Shown here piece by piece: positions 8,184 through 17,019 of a DNA stretch of 35,626 bases. Where the stretch lies: positions 1 to 35,626 of IMG/VR virus record IMGVR_UViG_3300044740_000064; one strand, 5' to 3'. Every line of letters starts with the position of its first letter. Within the stretch, counting starts at the first letter, position 1. The notes below the pieces were generated by a model. It worked only from the letters and a program-made list of their open reading frames with translations. It was not told where the DNA came from and did not search any database. Source of the stretch: a virus. Lineage: Duplodnaviria; Caudoviricetes. Position numbers and translations under genes: made by a program.

Positions 8184-9167
8184 ATGCCGTATGCATTTGT
8201 TGGTGCTGGCATTTATGCGATTTGCAACAGCATCAATGGACATTGTTACGTTGGCTCATCTGCTCATCTGAGATCACGCCAACAACAACATTTCTCCCAA
8301 TTGCGTCGTGGTAGACATTACAATTATCACCTGCAAGCAGCTTTCCAGAAATATGGTGAAGAGGCATTTGTCTTTTGTGTCTTAGAGCCTCTTGAGGATA
8401 AAAACCTGCTTGAAGAGAGAGAGCAGTTCTATATTGACCTGCTACATCCTGAGTACAACATCTGTCCTCAAGCTGGTAGTCCACAAGGAAAGACTCTCAA
8501 ACAAGAGACGAAGGACAAAATCAGGCAAAGCCAAAAAGGACGTGTTCCACCAAATAAGGGCAAAAAGCAAAGTGAAGAAGTTCGTCTGAAGAAGGTGGGA
8601 CGCAAGTTTTCAGACGTTACCAGGCGTAAGCTAAGCGAATCTGCCAGGAAACGGAAACGAAAACACAGGCCAGAAACAAGGCTCAAGATACAGTCCACTT
8701 GGACACCAGAGAAAAGAGAAGAGGCAAGAGCAAGAGCACTGAGTCGAAAAGCCAAACCGCCTCGACCATCTCAAAGACTTCCTCTTCCTCCAAAACCTCC
8801 TCCTACTCAAGAGGAAATCGAACAGCGCAAGGCTGCAACTCGACAAAAATTGAGAGAGGCAGGACTAGGCAGAAAGCTTAGTCCAGAAACCATCGCAAAG
8901 CGTACGGCAACACGCAAGGCTAATCAACAACGCAAAGAAGCCCTTCAACCCAAACCACCAAAACCAGAGAAGCCTTCCATCTACACAAAGGCGCAACGGG
9001 ACCGGATGAGTGAGGGAATGAAGACTTACTGGGCACGTAGAAAAGCCGAGCAAGCCCAACAGCAATCGCAACCAACGCAACAACCCCCACTGACTCAGGC
9101 TGGTTCTGAGCCGGTGGTTCCCATAGAGACGCAAAACCTAACTCAGCTCTCCTTGTTCGATCTGTAG
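8184..9167 (+). CDS. Free-standing GIY-YIG homing endonuclease with NUMOD3-like repeats
   Basis: GIYAI...CYVGSS...R..QH...LQAAFQKYGEEAF...REQFYID...YNI; basic repeats ETKDKIRQSQKG, TRRKLSES, LSPETIAKR. Confidence 0.93.
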   Translation: MPYAFVGAGIYAICNSINGHCYVGSSAHLRSRQQQHFSQLRRGRHYNYHLQAAFQKYGEEAFVFCVLEPLEDKNLLEEREQFYIDLLHPEYNICPQAGSPQGKTLKQETKDKIRQSQKGRVPPNKGKKQSEEVRLKKVGRKFSDVTRRKLSESARKRKRKHRPETRLKIQSTWTPEKREEARARALSRKAKPPRPSQRLPLPPKPPPTQEEIEQRKAATRQKLREAGLGRKLSPETIAKRTATRKANQQRKEALQPKPPKPEKPSIYTKAQRDRMSEGMKTYWARRKAEQAQQQSQPTQQPPLTQAGSEPVVPIETQNLTQLSLFDL

Positions 9168-9169
9168 TG

Positions 9170-9209
9170 CCGAGAGGGTATCACCTCTCGGATGGAGGTG
9201 ATACCCTTG
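9170..9209 (+). promoter_or_regulatory. Two mutually exclusive hairpins over the RBS of the next gene
   Basis: AGGGTATCACCTC(9175-9187)/GAGGTGATACCCT(9195-9207) versus CCGAGAGG(9170-9177)/CCTCTCGG(9184-9191). Confidence 0.6.
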
Positions 9210-10340
9210 CCAAATCTCACTAACCCTATAGCAGATACCAGTTTTGAGGTGCTCAGCACCCCAAGGCCCGTAGTCATCTCAGACCTCTCAGGCAATTCCT
9301 TCACGCTTGGCCAGCAAGCGAAAGCCAATAGTCTCCCAGTAGCGATTGCCAGCGATCAGGGCCTCACAGCGGCTGTATCGGCTCCTCTGCCCTCTATCGT
9401 GCAGAAAGCCAGCAATGTCTCAGCATCCAACGTGACCACACTGGCGAAAGCGTTCACCAATAACAACACCGCAGGCAACTCCATTGTGGTCGTGTGTGGT
9501 GCTGGCAACAATGGCACGCTCACCGTGACCGACTCGCAGAGCAACACGTACTACTCAGCCGTTGTGCAGGCAAACAGTACCACGTTTGAGGCACAGATTT
9601 TCTTCGCCACGGGCATCGCTGGTGGTGCGAATACCGTGACCGTAACAAATGGTGGTTCTGCCGCATCGATGGCCATGCAAATCTACGAGGTGAGTGGCCT
9701 CATTGCACAGGCAGGCAATGTCCTGGGTCAGACCACCTCAAGTACGGGGACATCGGCAAGCCCAACGGCGTCCAATATCGCGGTCGGATTTCCTAATGAG
9801 TTGGCATTTCTTGGCGTAGCGGTAGGTACGGCGGCACAAGCTGTGAGCGCGACATCTGGTACGTTCTGGACGCTTGACTCGACGCAGAACTCAGGTGGCA
9901 CTCCTTCGGGTCTGTTCACCTTTGGAGCATTATCACAGCCTCTTGGGACACTCAAGGCGGTACAACCGGCGGCCACACTTGCTGGTTCTGAGCCGTTTGC
10001 GATGGTGGCTGCCACGTTCAGGCCAGTCACGCTGGGGGTACAAGGGACCGTCACGATAGGTGGATACAACTATACCAATATCACCTCGAATGCCACTACC
10101 GTGGTAAAAACTGGTCCTGGCATTTTGCATTCCATCGTCGTGAATACGCCGCCTGCTGCGACTGGGACGCTCACGCTCTACGACAATACAGCAGGGTCTG
10201 GAACGAAAATCGGCACGCTCACGGGCAACACTGCTACGTCAATGCCAGCATACACTCTGGTCTATGATGTTGCTTTCTCAACAGGATTGACGGCTGTGAC
10301 GGCAACGCAGGCTGGAGATTACACGATTGTCTGGAAGTAG
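9207..10340 (+). CDS. Putative virion structural/decoration protein, S/T/G/A-rich beta protein; paralogous to C-terminal region of the 2105-aa protein
   Basis: GGAGGTG RBS before TTG 9207 (ORF track start 9192); shares AFT.NNT.GNSI.VVC and IYEVSGLI.Q with 19108-25425. Confidence 0.75.
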   Translation: MPNLTNPIADTSFEVLSTPRPVVISDLSGNSFTLGQQAKANSLPVAIASDQGLTAAVSAPLPSIVQKASNVSASNVTTLAKAFTNNNTAGNSIVVVCGAGNNGTLTVTDSQSNTYYSAVVQANSTTFEAQIFFATGIAGGANTVTVTNGGSAASMAMQIYEVSGLIAQAGNVLGQTTSSTGTSASPTASNIAVGFPNELAFLGVAVGTAAQAVSATSGTFWTLDSTQNSGGTPSGLFTFGALSQPLGTLKAVQPAATLAGSEPFAMVAATFRPVTLGVQGTVTIGGYNYTNITSNATTVVKTGPGILHSIVVNTPPAATGTLTLYDNTAGSGTKIGTLTGNTATSMPAYTLVYDVAFSTGLTAVTATQAGDYTIVWK

Positions 10341-10350
10341 GAAGAACATC

Positions 10351-10378
10351 GAGATGAGGGGATTGCTCCCCTCATCTC
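10351..10378. other. Perfect 12-bp intergenic hairpin without T-tract (processing, stability or weak terminator)
   Basis: GAGATGAGGGGA-TTGC-TCCCCTCATCTC. Confidence 0.6.
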
Positions 10379-10405
10379 CAATGAGGAGATAGTCGAGGAG
10401 CGTGT

Positions 10406-10897
10406 ATGGCTGAGCAAATCATAAACGGTGGGACAGCTAAGTCGGTGTTTGTGGTGGACTCATCGGGCAATCCTGTGACTGCCACCAATGGGGTCCCGAT
10501 CAACCTAGCTCAGGCTGGCGGAGTCGCCCTGTCGGTGGACTCATCAGGGCGTATCATCACCATTCCGTTCTTGTCGGTCATCCTGAACCAGGCCAGTTCC
10601 GCACAAACCTCGTGGACTTCAAGTGATCTCTATGTCGGGAATGTGCGAGCGATTGCGCTGGATATCAATGTGACGGCGGTGGGGACGAATGTGACGTTCG
10701 TGCTGTCACGCAAAGGGCTGGATGGCATCTACTATCCCATTTACAGTCCCTCAGCTATCTCCTCGGCTCCCACAAAACTCTCGACTTCCATTGGTCCAGG
10801 CTGTACGGTGGCTGCTGAGCTTGGAGCCAATATCCAGTTGTCCTTGACGACGACGGGTGGAGCGGCCACATTTAGTGCAAGTATTATTGGAAAGTGA
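10406..10897 (+). CDS. Putative virion protein, divergent member of shared C-terminal module A family
   Basis: GAGGAG RBS; TSSDL..NVRAIALDINVT...KGLDGIYY...IGPG...ATFSASII. Confidence 0.75.
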   Translation: MAEQIINGGTAKSVFVVDSSGNPVTATNGVPINLAQAGGVALSVDSSGRIITIPFLSVILNQASSAQTSWTSSDLYVGNVRAIALDINVTAVGTNVTFVLSRKGLDGIYYPIYSPSAISSAPTKLSTSIGPGCTVAAELGANIQLSLTTTGGAATFSASIIGK

Positions 10898-10909
10898 AGG
10901 AGTGTCTCT

Positions 10910-11368
10910 ATGGCCACTATCCAGAATCCTATCTGTGATGTCAGCCAGAACCTGAACTATTTCCCCCAGAGGGTCATTCAGACTGATCAGGCAGGCAATG
11001 CGTATGCCTCTCAGGACTTGTCTGCCCTGCTCAGCATTTCGGGGTCCTCGGCCAGCAGTACCCAAACGGCGACCAACCAGACGAACTACATGTGTCGAGG
11101 AGTGATTGTGGTCTTCAATGTCACGGCCCTGACAGGCACGAACCTAACGCTCACTATTCAGGGTGTTGATGGAGCGTCAGGCGTGGCCTATACGCTGCTC
11201 GCTGGGAGTGCTGTGACCACGACAGGGACCTACGTCTATGTGGTCTACCCAGGTGCATCAGGCACGGGAACGGCTAGTCTGCCTTTGCCGCATACGTGGA
11301 ACGTGAAGGTGGTTCCCTCAAGTGTGACGAGTGCCACCTATACCGTTGGCGCATCGGTCATTCTCTAG
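10910..11368 (+). CDS. Putative virion protein, near stand-alone module A
   Basis: AAGGAG RBS; NQTNYMCRGV...QGVDGASGVAYTL...VYPG...LPHTW...TYTVGASVIL. Confidence 0.8.
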   Translation: MATIQNPICDVSQNLNYFPQRVIQTDQAGNAYASQDLSALLSISGSSASSTQTATNQTNYMCRGVIVVFNVTALTGTNLTLTIQGVDGASGVAYTLLAGSAVTTTGTYVYVVYPGASGTGTASLPLPHTWNVKVVPSSVTSATYTVGASVIL

Positions 11369-11389
11369 GGAGCGGAAAGGAGTTTTCTT

Positions 11390-11869
11390 ATGGCATGGAC
11401 CAATCCGAATGTGGTGCAGACGGGGAGCGGCTCTGTCACGACCTACTCACAGTACGCTCAGCCCGTGCTGCAAACGGATCTCAACGGCAATGGAATCAGT
11501 TGGAATACAGACGGGATCACGCTTATCAGTTCGGCGGCATATACAAGCACGCAAACAAGTGCCGATCAGACGAATTATAATGCGCGTGGGGTGATCCTCT
11601 ACATAAACACGGGATCGTTCGGGAGCGGGTTCTCCAATATCGTGGTCAATCTTCGGGCAAAGGACCCCGTGAGCGGGAATTACGTGACGCTGGTTTCCAG
11701 TTCCGCTTTGACAGCCAGCACGTTTTCTGCCATCGTCGTCTATCCAGGTGCCAGTGGCAGTGGCACAGCAAGTCTGCCATTGCCCAAGACCTGGCAGGTC
11801 CAGATTACGGCGACTGCGTGGGGAACCGGGGGGAGTACCGTTGGTGTGGCCTGTGCGGTTCTGATCTGA
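11390..11869 (+). CDS. Putative virion protein, near stand-alone module A
   Basis: AAAGGAG RBS; TSADQTNYNARGV...KDPVSGNYVTL...VYPG...LPKTW. Confidence 0.8.
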   Translation: MAWTNPNVVQTGSGSVTTYSQYAQPVLQTDLNGNGISWNTDGITLISSAAYTSTQTSADQTNYNARGVILYINTGSFGSGFSNIVVNLRAKDPVSGNYVTLVSSSALTASTFSAIVVYPGASGSGTASLPLPKTWQVQITATAWGTGGSTVGVACAVLI

Positions 11870-11880
11870 GAGGAAGAGAG

Positions 11881-12060
11881 ATGTTTGGGTCAAGCCCATC
11901 CACACATATCACACCGCTGACGAGCAGGGGAGCGCCTCACTTGGGAGCCGTGCATATTCAGCTCAGTGGGGCATTTATCACGACAAAGGGAGGGAAGACT
12001 CGTCCCGCTCCCAGTAGTACGCAAATCGTGGCTCCTCATGTGGGAAGCCAGAGAAAGTGA
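11881..12060 (+). CDS. Small basic hypothetical protein (59 aa); stop codon supplied by the TnpB element end
   Basis: GAGGAAG RBS, ATG 11881; TGA lies within the GTGAC terminus of the element. Confidence 0.5.
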   Translation: MFGSSPSTHITPLTSRGAPHLGAVHIQLSGAFITTKGGKTRPAPSSTQIVAPHVGSQRK

Positions 12061-12150
12061 CAACTCCCCACGCCGTTATCGGCGGGGGCTTCTCAGTTCG
12101 ACCGGCCTCCCATCGGAGACCGTCCCTGAAGGCGCTGCCCGCGCCTGTAC
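12037..12150 (-). ncRNA. TnpB omegaRNA/reRNA (scaffold overlapping tnpB 3' end; guide approx. TTTCTCTGGCTTCCCACATG from the flank)
   Basis: Established TnpB architecture plus visible hairpins at the right end; 5' boundary and guide length are approximate. Confidence 0.65.
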
Positions 12151-13290
12151 CAGAAAGGATGCTAAGAAAAGCTTGGCGGCGAGTAAAATGTTCTTTGCGG
12201 CATTCACGTCACGATCTGCTACATAGCCACAGAAAGGACAAATGTGAGTACGGACAGAAAGACTTTTCTGGACAATCTCCCCACACTTGTGACATTTCTG
12301 GCTGGTGAAATGGGGTCTTACTCGTATCACTCTGTGACCAGCTCTTTCAGCCTTATCAGTAAGGATATCGAGGAATGCTCCCCAACTTGCATCGTGAATG
12401 CTTTTTGCCAGGTGATGGTTTTTCACCATGTTGGTGATCTGAAGGTCTTCAACTGCAATGACCTGATAGGTGTCAGCATACTTTTTCGCCGTCTTGAAAT
12501 GAAAGTCGCGCCGTTGACGGCTAATCTTGAGGTGTGTTTTCGCAACATTCTTAGCAGCCTTCCGGCGTCTCTTGCTCCCCTTCTTCCGACGGGACAATTG
12601 GCGTTGTTTGCGTCTCAAGGTTTTCTGACTCTTGCGATAGTGACGTGGGTTCTCCACCGTGTTGCCCTCCGAGTCAGCCAGGAAGACTTTCAAGCCGACA
12701 TCGAGGCCGATGTCAGGATGCTCACACACCTCGCTTGTGTGTTCTGTCTGATGCTCGATCTCACAGACGATGAGGGCGTACCAGTGGTCATCGGCTCGCA
12801 AGACCAGATACGCTGTCTTGGGTTTGCCTTCAAAGGGACGATGCAATTTGATCTTGATGGACTTGCCCAGTTTGCCTGGAACGATCAGATGTTTCTTGTC
12901 TTCATGCAAGTAGACATCTTTGCCGTATTGCCGCAACTGGATGGAGTGCCACTGGTTCGCGGATTTGAAGCGAGGAAATCCCACTTTCATGGCAAGTTCT
13001 TTGCGTGCGAGGAAGCGTTTGAGGGCTTTACTGAGCCGATCAGCAAGGGTCTGCACGGTGGTGGCTGGAATATGTTCCCCACCACGTCCCTTAAAGCGAT
13101 TAATCAGATCATACTTGCCTGGGAACGTGCCCTTGTCCTCATACTGGTGCTTCACAGCCTCAAGCATCTCATTGTACAGGATGCGAGACTCTTGCAAGCA
13201 CTGCATGAGCAAACGGGATTGTTCCTTATTCGGGAAGAGTCTATATTCAAACGTCCTCATGGCACTATTCTATCAGAGTCATTAGAAATT
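12057..13290 (-). mobile_element. Minimal IS200/IS605-derived tnpB-only element (no tnpA)
   Basis: Minus-strand right end GAAGCCCCCGCCGATAACGGCGTGGGGAGTTGTCAC (subterminal hairpin + TCAC). Left boundary is inferred, immediately after TTGAC. Confidence 0.75.
12076..13260 (-). CDS. tnpB: RNA-guided endonuclease TnpB
   Basis: MRTFEYRLFPN HTH; GFPRFKS; RuvC GLDVG, AVEDL, DRDVNAAKNIL (D/E/D intact); Zn finger CHKCG...CPFCG. Confidence 0.97.
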   Translation of the reverse strand: MRTFEYRLFPNKEQSRLLMQCLQESRILYNEMLEAVKHQYEDKGTFPGKYDLINRFKGRGGEHIPATTVQTLADRLSKALKRFLARKELAMKVGFPRFKSANQWHSIQLRQYGKDVYLHEDKKHLIVPGKLGKSIKIKLHRPFEGKPKTAYLVLRADDHWYALIVCEIEHQTEHTSEVCEHPDIGLDVGLKVFLADSEGNTVENPRHYRKSQKTLRRKQRQLSRRKKGSKRRRKAAKNVAKTHLKISRQRRDFHFKTAKKYADTYQVIAVEDLQITNMVKNHHLAKSIHDASWGAFLDILTDKAERAGHRVIRVRPHFTSQKCHKCGEIVQKSLSVRTHICPFCGYVADRDVNAAKNILLAAKLFLASFLVQARAAPSGTVSDGRPVELRSPRR

Positions 13291-13295
13291 GTCAA
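13267..13295 (-). promoter_or_regulatory. tnpB promoter, predicted leaderless mRNA
   Basis: TTGACA-17 bp-TAGAAT, then 6 nt to the ATG; no SD. Confidence 0.75.
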
Positions 13296-13314
13296 GAGTA
13301 GAAAGGCAACAATC

Positions 13315-13566
13315 ATGGCCACAATGAAACAGGAAGAGATCCACAAGGCCGATCCCAGTTCTTCATCCCAAGACGCCCGTCTTGCCGCATTGGAGGAACA
13401 ACTCCGCGACCTGACTGCCCGTCTTGCCGCCGTAGAGAGTATGGCTCATAGTGAGCACACGCTGAGTAGCGAAGGTGTCAATCAGATTGCCTCCCACGTG
13501 ATGGGGCAAGTCAAGGAGCACTTGCACAAGTCCCTCGGGCATAGCGGGATGCCCAGCGTCGGCTAG
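13315..13566 (+). CDS. Small coiled-coil hypothetical protein (83 aa)
   Basis: GAAAGG RBS; RLAALEEQLRDLTARLAAVE; forms the C-terminus of the long 12244-13566 ORF. Confidence 0.7.
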   Translation: MATMKQEEIHKADPSSSSQDARLAALEEQLRDLTARLAAVESMAHSEHTLSSEGVNQIASHVMGQVKEHLHKSLGHSGMPSVG

Positions 13567-13643
13567 ACGAAGAAGAAAGCAATGGATCGCAAGGCTAGAT
13601 CAGGCTGCCAGGTCAAGCATCACAACAAGAAAAGAGAGAAGCT

Positions 13644-15023
13644 ATGGCCTGGTATGATCCAGCGTTTTCCTATAAAAAATCCATTGTTATCCCTCATGGG
13701 AAGGTCAGTGGTGGCTCTGACCTCCTAGACTTCCCAGTTCTGATCTCCCTCACTGACAGCAATCTCAAATCGATGGCCAATGGGGGATTAGTATTTTCAT
13801 CGAGCGGGTACGATCTCCTCTTTACAGATAGCAGCGAGACGAGAGAACTGCCATATGAGGTGGAGAGTTATACGGCGTCTTCGGGGGCGCTCGTGTGTTG
13901 GGTGCGAGTGCCCGTGTTGTCTGCGAGTCAGGACACGGTGCTCTACCTGTACTTTGGCAATAGTACGGTGACGGGGCCACAGGCGACGGCTTCCAATGTG
14001 TGGACTCCGAACTATCGGGGTGTGTGGCATCTTGGGAACGGGACAACCCTCTCGTGTGCGGATTCGACCTCCTTTGCCAATAATGGGACCAATCATAGTG
14101 CGACGGCGACAACAGGCAAGCTCGATGGGGGAGCGGCATTCGTCTCTGCGTCCTCAGAGTTTATTCAAATCCCCGCCTCCAGCACACTCAATAATCCAGG
14201 GTCCCAGGTCACAGTCAGTGGATGGATCAACACCTCCTCCTCGGCGAGCATGCTCATCTTTTCCAGCGGCAATGGGAGTAGCACTGGCTATCAACTCGGA
14301 ATCGAAGCCTCTGGCGTTCCCTTCCTCTGGTCCAGCAGCAATGGCAGCAGTGTGGATGGCAGTTCTGCCATCAATAATGGCAGTTGGCATTCTGTGGTGG
14401 GGGTCTGGGATGGCACCAATGGGACGCTCTACGCCGATGGCGTCCAGGTCGCACAAGCCGCTCGTACCTTTACGGCAGGGACTATTGATTGTCAGATCGG
14501 GACACAGTGTACCGGATCGGGATCGACCTCCTGTAGCTGGTACTTCAATGGGTCCCTCGATGAGGTGCGTGTCTTCTCGGGAGCACGATCCGCCTCCTGG
14601 ATCGCCACCGAATATACCAATCAGAGTGCCCCTTCCTCCTTCTTCTGGGTGGGAGAACTCATCCCGTATACAGCCAATGTGGATGATGCTGTTCTGGTGG
14701 TTTCCTCTCAGGCAACCACGCAAACCTCAGCCGACCAGATCAATGCCGGGGCAAAAGGAGTCGCACTCACGCTCAATATCGCCACCTGTGGCAGCGGTGA
14801 GACCTTCACGCTTACTGTGCAGGGCAAAGATGGAACTTCAGGGGGGTACTACAACCTCGCTTCCTTCTCTGGCTTGGGATCATCCACCTGCACGGTCTAC
14901 CCAGGACTTTCACCCTCTGCCACGACGGCCTCACAGGTCCTGCCGAAAACGTGGCGCGTCTACGTCAGTCCTTCCACAAGTGACTCAGCCACGTACAGTG
15001 TTGGGGCCAGTCTCATTTCGTAG
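13644..15023 (+). CDS. DUF2341 + LamG/ConA-like domain protein with C-terminal module A
   Basis: WYD..FSYKK.I.I...DFPVLI...DLLFTD...LPYEVE...WVRVP.LS...LYLYFGN; WHSVVGVWDG...LYADG...FNGSLDEVRV. Confidence 0.88.
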   Translation: MAWYDPAFSYKKSIVIPHGKVSGGSDLLDFPVLISLTDSNLKSMANGGLVFSSSGYDLLFTDSSETRELPYEVESYTASSGALVCWVRVPVLSASQDTVLYLYFGNSTVTGPQATASNVWTPNYRGVWHLGNGTTLSCADSTSFANNGTNHSATATTGKLDGGAAFVSASSEFIQIPASSTLNNPGSQVTVSGWINTSSSASMLIFSSGNGSSTGYQLGIEASGVPFLWSSSNGSSVDGSSAINNGSWHSVVGVWDGTNGTLYADGVQVAQAARTFTAGTIDCQIGTQCTGSGSTSCSWYFNGSLDEVRVFSGARSASWIATEYTNQSAPSSFFWVGELIPYTANVDDAVLVVSSQATTQTSADQINAGAKGVALTLNIATCGSGETFTLTVQGKDGTSGGYYNLASFSGLGSSTCTVYPGLSPSATTASQVLPKTWRVYVSPSTSDSATYSVGASLIS

Positions 15024-15032
15024 GGGGAAGAC

Positions 15033-17006
15033 ATGACTTGGTACGATCCCGCTTTTAGTTACAAGAAGACCCTCGTCATCCCTCATGCGAATGTGCAAGG
15101 GGAGAGCGATTTGCTTGACTTCCCTCTCCTGGTAGGGGTGACTGATCCCGACCTGATCTCCATGACGAATGGAGGACGGATGGCTTCTCCTGTCGGCAAT
15201 GATCTCCTCTTCACAGATGCGACGGAGACGCGACAATTGCCCTACGAGATCGCCTCCTTCAATGGGGCAACTGGCAATCTGCTCGCCTGGGTCCGGGTGC
15301 CGGTGCTGTCGGCCAGCCAGGATACACTCTTGTACCTGTACTTTGGCAATAGTACCGTCACGACTTCACGGGCGCAGCCTTCGCTCGTCTGGGACTCGAC
15401 GTATAAAGGGGTGTGGCACATGGAGGATAACGCGAACGTGGCCGCTGTCACGCCGTTTTCCCTCTATGGCAGAACATCTGCGTCAAGTACGCTCTCGACT
15501 GCGGCTACCCTTGCCTCTTCCACAGGGGGGATAGCCACGACGGTGAATACCACCGTGCCAGCAGGCAGTGGGTACTATGAGTTGTTCGGGCTTGGTGGCA
15601 CCTCATCGGCTCAAGGATCACTTCCTTCGCCTTCAGCGAAAGGATGGCTCTACGATGTCACGAGTCTTGAAGGGAAGAACATTCTCAGTGGGACATGGCT
15701 CTTGACGGGAACTATTGCCGTGGGAAGTGGAACCATCCCGAACTGTACGCTGACCCTGCGTGCTTATAAACGCTCATCGGGGGGAACCTATACGGCGATC
15801 TGTTCGGTGACTTCCTCGCCCTTTACGCTCACCTCGACGGGCAATACCCTCTCCATGACGGTGAGCAGCGTTTCTCAGATCAGTTTCGGGAGCGGCGACA
15901 AACTCTATGTCGATGCGTTTCTCAATGCCTCTCCTGGAAGTCAACGGAGCATCCACGTCTCGGTCTCGTCAACATCATCGGGACTCTCCAATGACCTGGA
16001 GATCGACACGCCAGGATACCAGAACCCTTCGGACCCGGCGCTCACCAATGTGCTGGACTCGACAGCGAATGCGAATACGGGAACAGCGGCAGCCTCCACT
16101 TCGACGCTCTCAACGACCGGACAAATTGGAAATGCCCTCACCTTCAATGGGTCTTCGGATGTCATCACACTGGCACAGACCCCTCTCACAGGGACGGGTT
16201 CCTTTTCGGTGTTTGCTTGGATCAATACGTCTACCACTTCCACCAGACAGGCGATTGTCACGTGGGGAGGCGCAGGAACGAACACACAGGAATTGCTCTC
16301 TGTCAATACGGCAGGGGCCATCCAGAATGATCTGTCAGGAAGTACAGGGCCACAGTCTTCGGTCACGGTGACGGATGGCGGCTGGCATCATGTCGGGGTT
16401 GTGAACACTGCGGGGTCCTTTCAGCTCTATGTGGATGGAGTGGCAGATGGCAGTCCTGTCACCTTGTCTCCCAATCTCACAAGCGGGTCGCCACAGATCG
16501 GCAATGATGGATCAGCACATTGGTTCAACGGGACGATTGATGAGGTCCGTATCGAGAGTACGGCACGCACGGCCAACTGGATTGCCATGCTCTATGCCAA
16601 TCAGGTGAGTCCCTCTTCGTTCGTTCAGGTGGGGCAGACGATCCCCTCCATGAAAAACATCGAACTGACGGTGCTCTCAGCCAATTTCGCAACGGGGACA
16701 ATGACCTCCGCTGACCAACTCAACGTGAGTGCCCGGGGAGTCGATCTCTTCCTGGTTGCCGTCCCCCAAAGTGATCAGACATTGACAGTCACCGTGCAAG
16801 GGAAGGATGTGGCTTCAGGAGCCTACTACACTCTCGCCTCTTTCCCTAACCTCGCCTTCGGGTTCTACACGTTGACGATCTATCCAGGACTCTCTTCATC
16901 GGGAACGTCCCTGGATACCGTTCTGCCTCGTGTGTGGCGAGCCATCGTTACCCCGACCACATCGGAGACCTATACCTGCTTGCTTGGAGCAAGCCTTCTG
17001 TCGTAG
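15033..17006 (+). CDS. DUF2341 + inserted beta domain + LamG protein with C-terminal module A
   Basis: Same DUF2341 N-terminus; WHHVGVV...LYVDG...FNGTIDEVRI; SADQLNVSARGV...LPRVW. Confidence 0.88.
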   Translation: MTWYDPAFSYKKTLVIPHANVQGESDLLDFPLLVGVTDPDLISMTNGGRMASPVGNDLLFTDATETRQLPYEIASFNGATGNLLAWVRVPVLSASQDTLLYLYFGNSTVTTSRAQPSLVWDSTYKGVWHMEDNANVAAVTPFSLYGRTSASSTLSTAATLASSTGGIATTVNTTVPAGSGYYELFGLGGTSSAQGSLPSPSAKGWLYDVTSLEGKNILSGTWLLTGTIAVGSGTIPNCTLTLRAYKRSSGGTYTAICSVTSSPFTLTSTGNTLSMTVSSVSQISFGSGDKLYVDAFLNASPGSQRSIHVSVSSTSSGLSNDLEIDTPGYQNPSDPALTNVLDSTANANTGTAAASTSTLSTTGQIGNALTFNGSSDVITLAQTPLTGTGSFSVFAWINTSTTSTRQAIVTWGGAGTNTQELLSVNTAGAIQNDLSGSTGPQSSVTVTDGGWHHVGVVNTAGSFQLYVDGVADGSPVTLSPNLTSGSPQIGNDGSAHWFNGTIDEVRIESTARTANWIAMLYANQVSPSSFVQVGQTIPSMKNIELTVLSANFATGTMTSADQLNVSARGVDLFLVAVPQSDQTLTVTVQGKDVASGAYYTLASFPNLAFGFYTLTIYPGLSSSGTSLDTVLPRVWRAIVTPTTSETYTCLLGASLLS

Positions 17007-17019
17007 AGAGGAGAAACAC

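Noticed and set aside
7987-9206. Group I intron around the GIY-YIG gene
   Set aside because: The MCP ends with its own stop, the next gene has its own RBS, and the flanks are too short for an intron core; treated as free-standing.
14864-14875. Partial match (TTCTCTGGCTT) to the TnpB guide
   Set aside because: Only about 11 nt and no TTGAC-like TAM adjacent; compatible with chance.
13996-15036. 346-aa alternate-frame plus-strand ORF
   Set aside because: Nested in the clear DUF2341-LamG gene; P/R/S-rich off-frame composition; no RBS noted.
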